The translations under genes and the position numbers were made by a program. From positions 2,436 through 66,435 of the forward strand of contig CBDUMD010000007.1 of the NCBI GenBank assembly GCA_965368245.1: a stretch of DNA of 64,000 bases. The letters run 5' to 3'. Of this stretch, positions 48,082 to 57,535 are shown one piece after another. The DNA comes from an uncultured Thermoproteales archaeon. GTDB lineage: Archaea; Thermoproteota; Thermoprotei; Thermofilales; B20-G17. Position 1 is the stretch's first letter; the number at the start of each line of letters is the position of its first letter. The notes beneath the pieces are model-generated. The model was given only the letters and a program-made list of their open reading frames with translations, was not told the DNA's origin and ran no database searches.

Positions 48082-48717
48082 GTGGTTAGGTTGAAAATGT
48101 TTGAACAGTCGCTGACGTTGAGGATCGAGGATGAAGAGCTGCTTAAAAGCTTTCTGGATCTGCTTTCAAAGAGGATTCGAGGAGTACAACTACATGTTTT
48201 CACCAGACAAAAATGGGTCAAAATAAAATTCTATGGGGGTTTAGACGAGGTAAAGTATTCTGTAGAAGCTGCGCGAAGACTGTATAGGGAGCTTCTTCGG
48301 TCAAAGTATCCCGATAAGGCAGGCTACTATAACTATAATTTAGCAACCCTATTGAGCGAAGCCAACCTACAGATAGCCATACCTCCAACCCTGTTGGTGA
48401 GAATCCTACATTACAATGGCTATAGGTCGGAGGTTGATGGAACTCTTTTAAGGACACGCGCACCACGTGAGGTCGTGATAAAGTATGCCGAAAAGCTATC
48501 CCAAGTTTACTATGAAAGCCTGCGAATACCGTTAACACCTACTGCACGTAGAGCCGTAGCATATTATAGTGTGGTTAAGGGCGTCGAGCCCGGGAACTCT
48601 GTAGAAAACCTGTTAAAGAAAGGTATTCTTTCGGAAAGAAGGGGGGTCCTCCATTTGACCCGTAATATTAATGAAGTACTTGAAGAAATAGATAAAGACG
48701 TTGGGGGAGAGTGTTAA
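48082..48717 (+). CDS. conserved hypothetical protein between csl4 and rpoL
   Basis: 211-aa ORF, tightly packed in the operon: its TAA stop (48715-48717) directly abuts the rpoL ATG at 48718. No motif recognised. Confidence 0.5.
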   Translation: MVRLKMFEQSLTLRIEDEELLKSFLDLLSKRIRGVQLHVFTRQKWVKIKFYGGLDEVKYSVEAARRLYRELLRSKYPDKAGYYNYNLATLLSEANLQIAIPPTLLVRILHYNGYRSEVDGTLLRTRAPREVVIKYAEKLSQVYYESLRIPLTPTARRAVAYYSVVKGVEPGNSVENLLKKGILSERRGVLHLTRNINEVLEEIDKDVGGEC

Positions 48718-49017
48718 ATGGTTTTTGAGCCTTTAGAGATAAGGGTGCTTGAAAAGACCGGGTGTTCTCTCGAACTGGAGGTAAAAGGCGAAGGACATAC
48801 ATTACTCAACATGCTGGTGGATTTTCTAAACAGAAGACCTGACGTAGAGTATGCTAGCTACGTAATTGAACATCCCTTAGTGGGTACACCTAGGCTTTTA
48901 ATTAGAACTAAAAACAGGGATCCAGTTGAGGTCTTGGATGAAGCGCTAGATGAAATTGAGAAGCTGTTAAACACTTTTTACCTTGAGGTCGAGAAGACAC
49001 TCCATGCTAAAAGATAA
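48718..49017 (+). CDS. rpoL: DNA-directed RNA polymerase subunit L (Rpo11)
   Basis: LELEVKGEGHTLLNMLVDFLNRRPDVEYASYVIEHPLVGTPRLLIRTK. Confidence 0.9.
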   Translation: MVFEPLEIRVLEKTGCSLELEVKGEGHTLLNMLVDFLNRRPDVEYASYVIEHPLVGTPRLLIRTKNRDPVEVLDEALDEIEKLLNTFYLEVEKTLHAKR

Positions 49018-49387
49018 TTTAAAAGAAGATACTTTTGCAGAGAAGGATCTAGCCAGGTTAGGCGATGCCATAGTAAATTTAATTGCAAGCGCTATCCTAA
49101 CCCTATATGCCGGTCTACCTAGGGGTGTAAAGGTCTCCAACAAAGTTTTAACACGGGTTTACAATAATATTTTTAAGGGAAAGGCTCCGCCTAACAGGGA
49201 TAAAGCCACCTTCATAGAATATTGTTTTGCATATATATGGCTTAAACGAGATGTATCTATCGATGACATGATAAAAAATGCATTTCACTACATCAAAGAG
49301 AAGATGCATGCAAAGCCAACTGAAAAAGAGGAGTATATCTTAGTAGAAGCGTTAACCCATCTACTCGAACGATACCTAGGAGAATAG
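49004..49387 (+). CDS. hypothetical protein with a Mini-RNase III-like signature
   Basis: DLARLGDAIVNLIASAIL resembles the RNase III/Mini-III LA-x-LGDA-V motif, and FIEYCFAYIWL resembles the second acidic helix. The assignment is weak. Confidence 0.4.
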   Translation: MLKDNLKEDTFAEKDLARLGDAIVNLIASAILTLYAGLPRGVKVSNKVLTRVYNNIFKGKAPPNRDKATFIEYCFAYIWLKRDVSIDDMIKNAFHYIKEKMHAKPTEKEEYILVEALTHLLERYLGE

Positions 49388-49398
49388 GATGGAGGATG

Positions 49399-49466
49399 TG
49401 GGGCCTCGGGGATACCCCTTTTCATCGACGGCGATAGCCTTCTCTGGGAGCGACCGTGAGGCCCCA
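49399..49466. ncRNA. candidate structured RNA element (class and strand unknown)
   Basis: Perfect 9-bp closing helix UGGGGCCUC 49399-49407 / GAGGCCCCA 49458-49466. Nested hairpin GGGG-AUA-CCCC at 49408-49418. Helix ACGG 49428-49431 / CCGU 49454-49457. It forms a GC-rich island in an AT-rich spacer. Confidence 0.3.
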
Positions 49467-49812
49467 AATACATTACCATTAAAAATCTTATGAATTTTCC
49501 GTTTGCCCCACTGTTTTATTTATCCCATTTGAAACTATAGCATTCACATATCTGTGATAGGACCTCCATTCACCCATAAGGAGATCAACAAACCTCAATA
49601 TCACCTACTATGACCCTGCACAGCCTTCACGTAAAGTATTTTTCTATAAGTGCGATCTATTGACCCGTCTTCCACTATTCAAAGTGAGTTTTAAGTACTC
49701 CAGTATACTAGTTTTTTCAAATATTCTATTTTCAAAATATTCCTTGATTTTCGCCCCCAAGTTTTAGTGTATTTATTTTAAATAAAACCTTATTTTCGGA
49801 ACATTCCTAACA

Positions 49813-49888
49813 CGCCCCGGCCGGGATTTGAACCCGGGTTCTGGCGGGTGACAGCCGCCCATACTAGACCTGGCTATACGACCGGGGC
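49813..49888 (-). tRNA. tRNA-Asp (anticodon GUC)
   Basis: Reverse complement: GCCCCGG...GGCGG-CUGUCAC-CCGCC...CCGGG-UUCAAAU-CCCGG-CCGGGGC-G. Confidence 0.85.
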
Positions 49889-50034
49889 TACTAGTTAGGC
49901 TTTATAGCAGATTTATTAATTTTTCTCTCCTATTTTACAGCTGTGTATAATATATTAGTTTCATAGGTCTCTGAACAGGCTTTTTTGGAGTGTTATGTAA
50001 CTTAATATCCTTAGCGAAAGAGTGTGGCTTACCT

Positions 50035-51954
50035 ATGGCTAAGGCTAAAGAAGTAAGAAGAGAAGAGTCCATACCTGTGTTTGAGGAAGATTACCTCAGG
50101 GAGAGGGATTGGGAGGTTAAGGAGAACGCTAATACGAACTTCTCGTATAGTAACTTTAGGAATTTCCTTTTCGAAAAAATAGTTAAACAACCTGAGGTTC
50201 TAAAGAATTATTTACCTGCGGATGCTATTGACTCGCATTTCAATGGATGGATTCATATCCACAAGCTACCTGATAGCTTGTGGATACCATATTGTATAGG
50301 ATGGAGTTACAGAAGGATACTTAAGCTGGGTCTAAAGACTCCGGGCATCATATCGAGGCCCGCCAGACACTTCGATACCGCTGTAACACATTTAACGAAC
50401 TTCTTTTTCATGACGGCGCAAGAGTATACAGGCGCCCAAGCTGTAAGTGCATTTGACCTTTATGTGGCACCTTTCGTACTGAAAGACGGTTTAGACTACA
50501 GGAGAATAAAACAGGTTTTGCAGGGGATGCTTTTCGAACTGAATTATCCTGCAAGAGCGGGTTACCAAAGCCCCTTCACCAACATTACCCTGGTCCTCGA
50601 TACAAGTAGCGATATGCTTGAAGGAGAAGCCTACATAGGCGGCAAACCGGTAGGGAGGCTAGGTGATTACGTTGATGAGGCTATAATGGTGAACAAAGCG
50701 CTTTTCGAATTATATCTCGAAGGCGACGCATTTGGACAACCCTTTACATTTCCCATCCCGACTCTGATGTTAACCAAAAATTTCGATTGGAATGGTAGAC
50801 GATGGGGGGAGCTTTCGGATCTAATATTTGAGGCTCTAGCGGAAAAAGGTACAGCATACCTGTTAAACGGATATGCGAGCAACGTCGAGGCCTTATACGC
50901 CATGTGCTGCAGGCTTACAGCCGACATAAACCACGTTTTAAACCACTCCTCTGACAAGTTATTCTCCCTGAAGCTGGATTATAGGAAAGAAGAAGACGCC
51001 ATGGAGATGTTTCTAAAGAAAAGGGGACGGGCTTACGGTATATGGGCTCTACCTGATGCAACGGGAAGCATAGGCGTAGTAACAATAAACATGCCTAGAC
51101 TTGCAGCCTTGAGTAAGGGAGAATGGGAGGTTTTCGAGGAGCTATTGTACAGTAGGTTGGAGACTGCTAGAAAAACCCTGTTAACGTGGCGCAAACGCTA
51201 TGAAAGGAACCTTAAAGTAGGATTAATGCCGATGTCGAAAATCTATCTAGGACACTTCAACCACCACTTTAACACCTTCGGTATCATAGGTCTTCCGGAG
51301 GCTGCTGCAAACTTCATGAGGAATCCGAAGGTATGGTTTGAAGGATCTGAAAATGAAATGCGTGAAGCCGTGGACATCGAGAAGCGTATGGTTTCGCTTG
51401 TCCGACGCTACGCGGAGGAATACGAGCATCTAGACGGATATTTGTATAACGTCGAGGAGATTCCAGGAGAAAGTACTGGATATAGGCTTGCGAGAATAGA
51501 CATGCAGATGTTCAAGGAGGAGTATGAGAAGGGTGAAATATGTATACCTAGCGACGGGATAGCGGTTTTCTACAGTAACTCGGTTGTGCCCTATTACGCG
51601 GATATACCTATTTATCAGCGGGCTATATGGGAGGGTGAAGTGCAACAGGAGTTTACTGGAGGGGTTATGATGCACCTCTTTCTTGGAGAACGCCCTGACC
51701 CGAAGTCTCTCAAAAACCTTATTCATCGTATTGTAACAAACACTAAAGTTACGTACTTCAGCATAACACCTACGCTGACCGTTTGTCAGAAATGTGGATG
51801 GAGGGCTGTAGGTAGCTTTGAGAAGTGTCCAAAATGTGGCAACGAGCATGTTGACGTTTGGAGCCGTATAGTTGGCTACTATAGGCCGTTAAGAAACTGG
51901 AATCTAGGGAAAAAGGCTGAATATAAGTTACGTGTACAATATTCAATGAGGTAG
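50035..51954 (+). CDS. nrdD: anaerobic ribonucleoside-triphosphate reductase (class III)
   Basis: C-terminal zinc site CQKCG...CPKCG followed by the glycyl-radical motif SRIVGYYRP. ATG 50035 lies inside ORF 49990-51954. Confidence 0.85.
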   Translation: MAKAKEVRREESIPVFEEDYLRERDWEVKENANTNFSYSNFRNFLFEKIVKQPEVLKNYLPADAIDSHFNGWIHIHKLPDSLWIPYCIGWSYRRILKLGLKTPGIISRPARHFDTAVTHLTNFFFMTAQEYTGAQAVSAFDLYVAPFVLKDGLDYRRIKQVLQGMLFELNYPARAGYQSPFTNITLVLDTSSDMLEGEAYIGGKPVGRLGDYVDEAIMVNKALFELYLEGDAFGQPFTFPIPTLMLTKNFDWNGRRWGELSDLIFEALAEKGTAYLLNGYASNVEALYAMCCRLTADINHVLNHSSDKLFSLKLDYRKEEDAMEMFLKKRGRAYGIWALPDATGSIGVVTINMPRLAALSKGEWEVFEELLYSRLETARKTLLTWRKRYERNLKVGLMPMSKIYLGHFNHHFNTFGIIGLPEAAANFMRNPKVWFEGSENEMREAVDIEKRMVSLVRRYAEEYEHLDGYLYNVEEIPGESTGYRLARIDMQMFKEEYEKGEICIPSDGIAVFYSNSVVPYYADIPIYQRAIWEGEVQQEFTGGVMMHLFLGERPDPKSLKNLIHRIVTNTKVTYFSITPTLTVCQKCGWRAVGSFEKCPKCGNEHVDVWSRIVGYYRPLRNWNLGKKAEYKLRVQYSMR

Positions 51955-51956
51955 TA

Positions 51957-52739
51957 TTGAAACTGTGGATGCTCGTTGGAGGCTGGGTTGAAACAAGCCT
52001 TGTAGATGTACTTGAACACGTTTCTTTTACTCTTTGGCTCAGCCACTGCAATTTCAAATGTCCATGGTGTTCTAACTGGGCTATGGCCCGTGGATTAAAG
52101 AAAAATATAGTTTCCCTTGATACGATTTTGAAGAAGGTGGTGAACGCAGCACCTTTCATCGACTATTTTCATGTAACAGGAGGGGAGCCTACACTACAGT
52201 ATAAGACTCTTTACGAGCTCTTTAAGAAAATCAGGCGATCGACTGGGGTTTTATTGAGTCTCGACACAAATGGTTCGCTTCCCTACGCCCTTAGAAAACT
52301 ATTACCCTTGTTAGACCATGTTGCCATGGACGTCAAAGCGCCTTTAGGAGACATCATGAAATACAGTAGGGTGGTAGGGTTATCTCCCTCCCTTACACGA
52401 AAAATCATTCCACTTATACGCGAAAGCCTGAAAATAATCGAAACCGTTCCCTTCCTGGAGATACGCACAACGATAGTTCCAGGCCTTGTGGAGGAAAAAG
52501 AGGTTGTCGAGGTCGCCAGATTTCTACATAAAGAGCTTAAGTTGAAGCCTAGGGGTGAAAGAGCGGTTTTCGTGGTACAGCAATTTATACCATATGAAGG
52601 TGTCCCAAAAGAATATTCGTTGAAGCCCAGGACACCGCCTAGCATTGTCAGAGAAATAGCGTTAAAAGTGGCTGAAGTGTTAGAGGAATTCGAGGTATAT
52701 TATAGGACCTTGGAGGACGGCTCTAGGAAAATTAAATGA
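51957..52739 (+). CDS. nrdG: anaerobic ribonucleotide reductase activating protein (radical SAM)
   Basis: CNFKCPWC (CxxxCxxC) and GGEPTLQ, directly downstream of nrdD. Confidence 0.8.
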   Translation: MKLWMLVGGWVETSLVDVLEHVSFTLWLSHCNFKCPWCSNWAMARGLKKNIVSLDTILKKVVNAAPFIDYFHVTGGEPTLQYKTLYELFKKIRRSTGVLLSLDTNGSLPYALRKLLPLLDHVAMDVKAPLGDIMKYSRVVGLSPSLTRKIIPLIRESLKIIETVPFLEIRTTIVPGLVEEKEVVEVARFLHKELKLKPRGERAVFVVQQFIPYEGVPKEYSLKPRTPPSIVREIALKVAEVLEEFEVYYRTLEDGSRKIK

Positions 52740-52828
52740 CATAGCTGGGAAGTAAAATTATTTATTTAGGAATATAATGTCCCTGCATAAGGTTTAAAAC
52801 TGGGAAATATAGGAAAAATAAGGAAGTG

Positions 52829-52902
52829 GGGCCCGTCGTCTAGTGGACTAGGATGCCGCTCTGACGAGGCGGAGATCCGGGGTTCGAATCCCCGCGGGCC
52901 CA
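52829..52902 (+). tRNA. tRNA-Val (anticodon GAC)
   Basis: GGGCCCG...CCGCU-CUGACGA-GGCGG...CCGGGG-UUCGAAU-CCCCG-CGGGCCC-A. Confidence 0.8.
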
Positions 52903-52983
52903 TCCTATTTTCATCGCTCTCTCCCGCGAAATTTATATAGTAGATGAAAGCATTTTTTCGAGAAATCAGGAGGTGTATAGGAA

Positions 52984-54282
52984 GTGTCATCTAAAAAACC
53001 ACACATAAATCTGGTGGTAATAGGTCACGTAGACCATGGGAAATCGACGACCATGGGCCATCTGCTCTATCTCTTAGGGCAAGTAGACGAAAGAAAAATG
53101 AGGGAAATAGAGGAGACGGCTAAGAAAACCGGGAAAGAAACCTGGAAATGGGCATGGATCCTAGATAAATACAAGGAAGAGCGGGAACGAGGCTTAACAA
53201 TAGACCTCGCCTACCTCAAATTTGAGACCAAGAAATACGAGTTCACTTTAATTGACGCTCCAGGCCACAGGGACTTCATAAAGAACATGATCACGGGTGC
53301 TTCGCAGGCCGACGCAGCCCTACTTGTTGTTTCAGCTAAAACCGGCGAATACGAGGCTGGAGTAAGTGCGGCTGGACAAACAAGGGAACACATTTTCCTT
53401 GCGAAAACCATGGGTATAAACCAGATAGTTGTCGCCATAAATAAGATGGATGAAGTTGAATGGAATAAAAACCGTTACGAGGAGGTTAAAGCCGGAATTC
53501 AGAAGCTTCTTAGAATGGTTGGCTACAACGTAAACAAGATACCGTTCGTACCTATCTCAGGCTTCCTCGGAGACAATTTAACTGAGAAGAGTGCTAACAT
53601 GCCATGGTATGACGGTCCAACTTTATCAGAAGCCCTAGACACGTTTGAACCACCGCCCAGACCCATAGACAAGCCCCTCAGAATACCCATCCAAGACGTC
53701 TATACAATTACAGGTGTCGGAACAGTGCCTGTAGGTAGGGTTGAAACAGGAAAACTTAAAGTTGGAGACGTGGTTGTCTTCATGCCTGCAAACAAGTCCG
53801 GCGAGGTACGTTCAATCGAAACCCACCACACAAGGATATCTGAAGCAATTCCAGGCGACAACATCGGATTTAACGTTAAAGGCATTTCAAGAAGCGATGT
53901 AAGGAGAGGAGACGTAGCCGGGCATACCACCACACCCCCCACCGTTGCAGAAGAGTTCGTAGGCCGTGTTATCATACTATATCATCCAACAGCCATAGCA
54001 CCTGGCTACACTCCAGTACTCCACGTGCATACAGCCACCATCCCGGTTAGATTTGTAGAAATACAGAAGAAACTTGACCCAAGGACAGGCGCCACAATGG
54101 AGGAGAACCCGCCATACATAAAGCAGGGAGACGTAGCTATAGTAAAGTTTAAGCCACTTAAACCCGTGGTGATCGAAAAGTACTCCGACTTCCCGCCACT
54201 AGGAAGATTTGCTATAAGAGATTCAGGTAGAACTGTAGCAGCCGGAGTGGTCATCGACGTCAAGAAGGCGGAGTTAAAGTAA
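52984..54282 (+). CDS. tuf: translation elongation factor 1-alpha
   Basis: GHVDHGKST, DAPGHRDF, NKMD. 432 aa. GTG start. Confidence 0.95.
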   Translation: MSSKKPHINLVVIGHVDHGKSTTMGHLLYLLGQVDERKMREIEETAKKTGKETWKWAWILDKYKEERERGLTIDLAYLKFETKKYEFTLIDAPGHRDFIKNMITGASQADAALLVVSAKTGEYEAGVSAAGQTREHIFLAKTMGINQIVVAINKMDEVEWNKNRYEEVKAGIQKLLRMVGYNVNKIPFVPISGFLGDNLTEKSANMPWYDGPTLSEALDTFEPPPRPIDKPLRIPIQDVYTITGVGTVPVGRVETGKLKVGDVVVFMPANKSGEVRSIETHHTRISEAIPGDNIGFNVKGISRSDVRRGDVAGHTTTPPTVAEEFVGRVIILYHPTAIAPGYTPVLHVHTATIPVRFVEIQKKLDPRTGATMEENPPYIKQGDVAIVKFKPLKPVVIEKYSDFPPLGRFAIRDSGRTVAAGVVIDVKKAELK

Positions 54283-54326
54283 TCTAATAGCATTTTCAGC
54301 AAAATTTTCACCGGAGATGTACCGCC

Positions 54327-54641
54327 ATGCCTCGCTTCGTTAGAATAAGACTCTCAAGCACGTCAGTAGAAAGCATAACACAGGTTTCCAACGAGATACG
54401 TAGAATGTGTGAAAGAACAGGGGTTAAAATGAGGGGGCCCATATTCCTCCCCACAGAGAGGATAGTAGTAACCGTCCGTAAGGCTCCTTCAGGGGAAGGA
54501 ACACACACCTTCGACCACTGGGAAATGAGGGTTCATAAACGCGTAATAGACATGGAGGCTGATGAACGAGCTATACGGGAGCTCATGAGGATAAGAGTAC
54601 CCCCCGACGTTAAAATCGAAATAAAGCTGGAAACCCGATAA
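54327..54641 (+). CDS. rps10: 30S ribosomal protein uS10
   Basis: RIRLSSTSVESITQVSNEIRRMCERTGVKMRGPIFLPT...HKRVIDM. tuf-rps10 is conserved synteny. Confidence 0.9.
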   Translation: MPRFVRIRLSSTSVESITQVSNEIRRMCERTGVKMRGPIFLPTERIVVTVRKAPSGEGTHTFDHWEMRVHKRVIDMEADERAIRELMRIRVPPDVKIEIKLETR

Positions 54642-54685
54642 GGTTTTTAAATAATATAAATGAGTTTTTACTATTCTCCATTGTA

Positions 54686-54788
54686 GCCGGGGTGCCCGAG
54701 AGGACTAAGGGGTCGGACACCCTTATGGGCCGGAGTTGAGATCCGATGCCTCTTTCGAGGCGCGTGGGTTCGAATCCCACCCCCGGCG
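54686..54788 (+). tRNA. tRNA-Ser (anticodon UGA) with a 17-nt intron at non-canonical position 32/33
   Basis: The exons are nearly identical to tRNA-Ser(CGA) at 27329. Anticodon stem UCGGA/UCCGA. After removing 54719-54735 the loop reads C-U-UGA-G-A. Discriminator G. Confidence 0.8.
54719..54735 (+). other. tRNA-Ser(UGA) intron, position 32/33, relaxed BHB
   Basis: Central helix UCGG 54713-54716 / CCGG 54730-54733 (one G-U). Bulges AC|A 54717-54719 and AG|U 54734-54736. Inner helix CCC 54720-54722 / GGG 54727-54729. Confidence 0.65.
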
Positions 54789-54803
54789 TATAGGTTTCCC
54801 TGG

Positions 54804-55244
54804 GTGAATAGCTTGAAGGATAAAGGTTTTCGTTTTCTGGAACATGTAGCCGACGTGTATGTGGAGGCCTACGGTTCCTCCCTCGAGGAGGCGTTCGAGC
54901 ATGCGGCCACTGCTCTATTCGAGGTAATGACGGATACGAGTAAAGTTAAGCCTGAGGTTGTTAAACGGGTTAAGGTAACGGGCTTCGACGAGTATTCACT
55001 GCTGTACAATTGGCTAGAAGAGTTACTTTATCTCTACGAGGTCGAAAATATTCTGTTTTCAAAGTTTAAGGTGCACATAACCAAGGTTAACGAGGATTTC
55101 TCGTTGGAGGGGGAGGCGTGGGGCGAACAATTTGACGATAAGAGACACGAGAAGCGCACCGAAGTTAAGGCCGTGACCTATTCGCAGATGGAGATATTAA
55201 GGAAGGAGGGGAAGGTCGTAGTCAGGTTTGTTTTAGACATATAG
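54804..55244 (+). CDS. archease (RtcB activator)
   Basis: FRFLEHVADVYVEAYGSSLEEAFEHAATALFEVMTD...VKAVTYSQMEI. Confidence 0.85.
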   Translation: MNSLKDKGFRFLEHVADVYVEAYGSSLEEAFEHAATALFEVMTDTSKVKPEVVKRVKVTGFDEYSLLYNWLEELLYLYEVENILFSKFKVHITKVNEDFSLEGEAWGEQFDDKRHEKRTEVKAVTYSQMEILRKEGKVVVRFVLDI

Positions 55245-55303
55245 TAATATTAGTGGCGGAAGAATTATAATTCATGGGAAAATGTCTTTAAAAGGGGAGT
55301 TTC

Positions 55304-56755
55304 ATGAGTAGTGTACCGTTAAAAAAGATTAGTGATGTAATATGGGAGATACCTAAAAGCTTCAGGCCGGGAATGAGGGTGCCGGTCAGGATTTTTGCAG
55401 ACAAGAATCTACTGGAAAAAATGAAGAGCGATAGAACGCTTATACAGGCCTCTAATATAGCTCATCTACCTGGAATATACAAGTACTCCATAGTTCTACC
55501 CGACGGCCATGAAGGATACGGTTTTCCTATAGGAGGAGTAGCCGCATTCGACGTGGAGGAGGGTGTACTAAGTCCAGGAGGCGTAGGCTATGATATAAAC
55601 TGTGGAGTGAGATTAATCAGGACGGATCTCACGGTTGATGAGGTTCGACCTCATCTACGCAGGCTATTGGATACACTATTTAGGTACATTCCCTCAGGTG
55701 TAGGGTCGACGGGCAGGCTTTCCCTAAGTATCGGAGAGCTGGACAAAGTGTTGGCGGAGGGCGTGGAATGGGCTATCTCCAAGGGATACGGTTGGAGCGA
55801 AGACAGCGAATATATCGAGGAAAACGGTTCAATGGACACAGCGGATCCAGACAAGGTATCGGCGAGAGCTAAATCAAGGGGTAGGGCGCAACTAGGAACC
55901 CTGGGTAGCGGAAACCACTTCCTCGAAATACAAGTTGTAGACAAGATATACAACCCGGAGGTAGCTAAAATCCTTGGAATATATGAGGAAGGTCAAATTA
56001 CCGTCATGATACATACTGGGAGCCGTGGATTCGGCCACCAGGTTTGTAGCGACTATTTAAGGGTAATGGAGAGGGCTATGAGGAAGTACGGGATCAGGGT
56101 CCCCGACAGAGAGCTAGCCGCCGTACCCGCCAACAGTAGGGAGGCTGAAGACTACTTTGCTGCAATGTCGGCTGCAGCCAACTTCGCCTGGACCAATAGA
56201 CAGCTTATACTACATTGGACTAGACAGGTCTTCCAGAACATTTTTCACAGGTCGGCCGACGAACTCGGCATGAAGATAGTATACGATGTAGCACACAATA
56301 TCGCCAAGCGTGAAAGACATAAGGTCAACGGAGAATACAAAACAGTCTACGTTCACCGGAAAGGCGCTACCAGAGCTTTTCCACCCGGACACCCAGATAT
56401 ACCATCGAAATACAGGTCCATTGGACAACCTGTACTCATACCAGGTTCCATGGGGTCGGCATCCTACGTGCTTATAGGTACTTCTAAAGCCATGGAGATT
56501 TCCTTCGGTTCCACCGCCCACGGGGCTGGAAGACTCCTCAGTAGATCGAAGGCCATTAGAACATATAAGCCCCGAGAAGTGGAGGGTGCTTTAGCTAAGA
56601 AGGGAATACTCATACGTGCGGCAACCCTTAGAGTGATATCAGAGGAGGCTCCCGGAGCCTACAAAGATGTGGACCGGGTGGCTGATGTAAGCCACCGTGT
56701 CGGCATAGCGACAAAGGTGGTAAGGCTCGTTCCAATAGGTGTTACCAAGGGATAA
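55304..56755 (+). CDS. rtcB: RNA-splicing ligase RtcB
   Basis: [52 protein letters not shown]. Confidence 0.95.
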   Translation: MSSVPLKKISDVIWEIPKSFRPGMRVPVRIFADKNLLEKMKSDRTLIQASNIAHLPGIYKYSIVLPDGHEGYGFPIGGVAAFDVEEGVLSPGGVGYDINCGVRLIRTDLTVDEVRPHLRRLLDTLFRYIPSGVGSTGRLSLSIGELDKVLAEGVEWAISKGYGWSEDSEYIEENGSMDTADPDKVSARAKSRGRAQLGTLGSGNHFLEIQVVDKIYNPEVAKILGIYEEGQITVMIHTGSRGFGHQVCSDYLRVMERAMRKYGIRVPDRELAAVPANSREAEDYFAAMSAAANFAWTNRQLILHWTRQVFQNIFHRSADELGMKIVYDVAHNIAKRERHKVNGEYKTVYVHRKGATRAFPPGHPDIPSKYRSIGQPVLIPGSMGSASYVLIGTSKAMEISFGSTAHGAGRLLSRSKAIRTYKPREVEGALAKKGILIRAATLRVISEEAPGAYKDVDRVADVSHRVGIATKVVRLVPIGVTKG

Positions 56756-56783
56756 AGGTTATAAGTGGATTACGAAAAAGGCT

Positions 56784-57431
56784 ATGGGAAATGGTATGGC
56801 AGAAGAAGGCGATATAGAGGTACAGGAAGAGTTAATGGAAGAATATCCAACAACCACGCTCGACGGAGAAGAAATAAAGTTATTTGGGAAATGGCCGCTT
56901 AAAGGCGTAGAGATAAAGGATCCTGGATTAAGAAGATATATCAGCCTAAAACCGGTCTTCCTTCCCCACAGCGAAGGAAGACACGAAAAGAGAAGGTTCG
57001 CCAAATCCAAGGTACCCATAGTAGAGAGGCTCATAAATCAAATGATGCGGCCAGGTAGGAACGCTGGAAAGAAACACCTAGCCACCAATATTGTAAGAAG
57101 AGCTTTTGAAATAATACACCTTAAAACCGATGAGAACCCAATCCAAGTTCTTGTAAGGGCCATAGAGAACTCTGCACCACGGGAGGAAACTACACGCATA
57201 ATGTACGGCGGGATACTGTACTATGTTTCGGTGGATGTCGCTCCTCAACGTAGAGTAGACTTGGCTCTACGCTTCATAGCCGAAGGTGCAAGGCTGGCGG
57301 CATTTAATAATCCCAAACCGATAGAAGAGGCTTTAGCGGATGAAATAATTGCAGCCGCCAACAACGATCCAAACAGTTATGCCGTAAGGAGAAAAGAGGA
57401 GATCGAAAGAATAGCTTTATCGGCACGGTAG
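56784..57431 (+). CDS. rps7: 30S ribosomal protein uS7
   Basis: [24 protein letters not shown]...[22 protein letters not shown]...[10 protein letters not shown]. The start is ATG 56784 or 56796 inside ORF 56739-57431. Confidence 0.85.
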   Translation: MGNGMAEEGDIEVQEELMEEYPTTTLDGEEIKLFGKWPLKGVEIKDPGLRRYISLKPVFLPHSEGRHEKRRFAKSKVPIVERLINQMMRPGRNAGKKHLATNIVRRAFEIIHLKTDENPIQVLVRAIENSAPREETTRIMYGGILYYVSVDVAPQRRVDLALRFIAEGARLAAFNNPKPIEEALADEIIAAANNDPNSYAVRRKEEIERIALSAR

Positions 57432-57535
57432 GTAGTTACATTAATTTTATTATTTTATCATAATTTACCAGTTACCGTTATTTTAGCAAGCGATTGTCTT
57501 AATACCATCTCCGTTAAAATACTATGGGGTTTAAA

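Noticed and set aside
49399-49469. H/ACA sRNA interpretation of the GC-rich element (minus strand has ACA right after the closing helix)
   Set aside because: The closing helix continues directly into other helices on both sides. There is therefore no two-sided pseudouridylation pocket and no clear K-turn or K-loop.
52766-52990. 74-aa minus-strand ORF
   Set aside because: It overlaps tRNA-Val (52829-52902) and the tuf promoter region. The tRNA explains the sequence.
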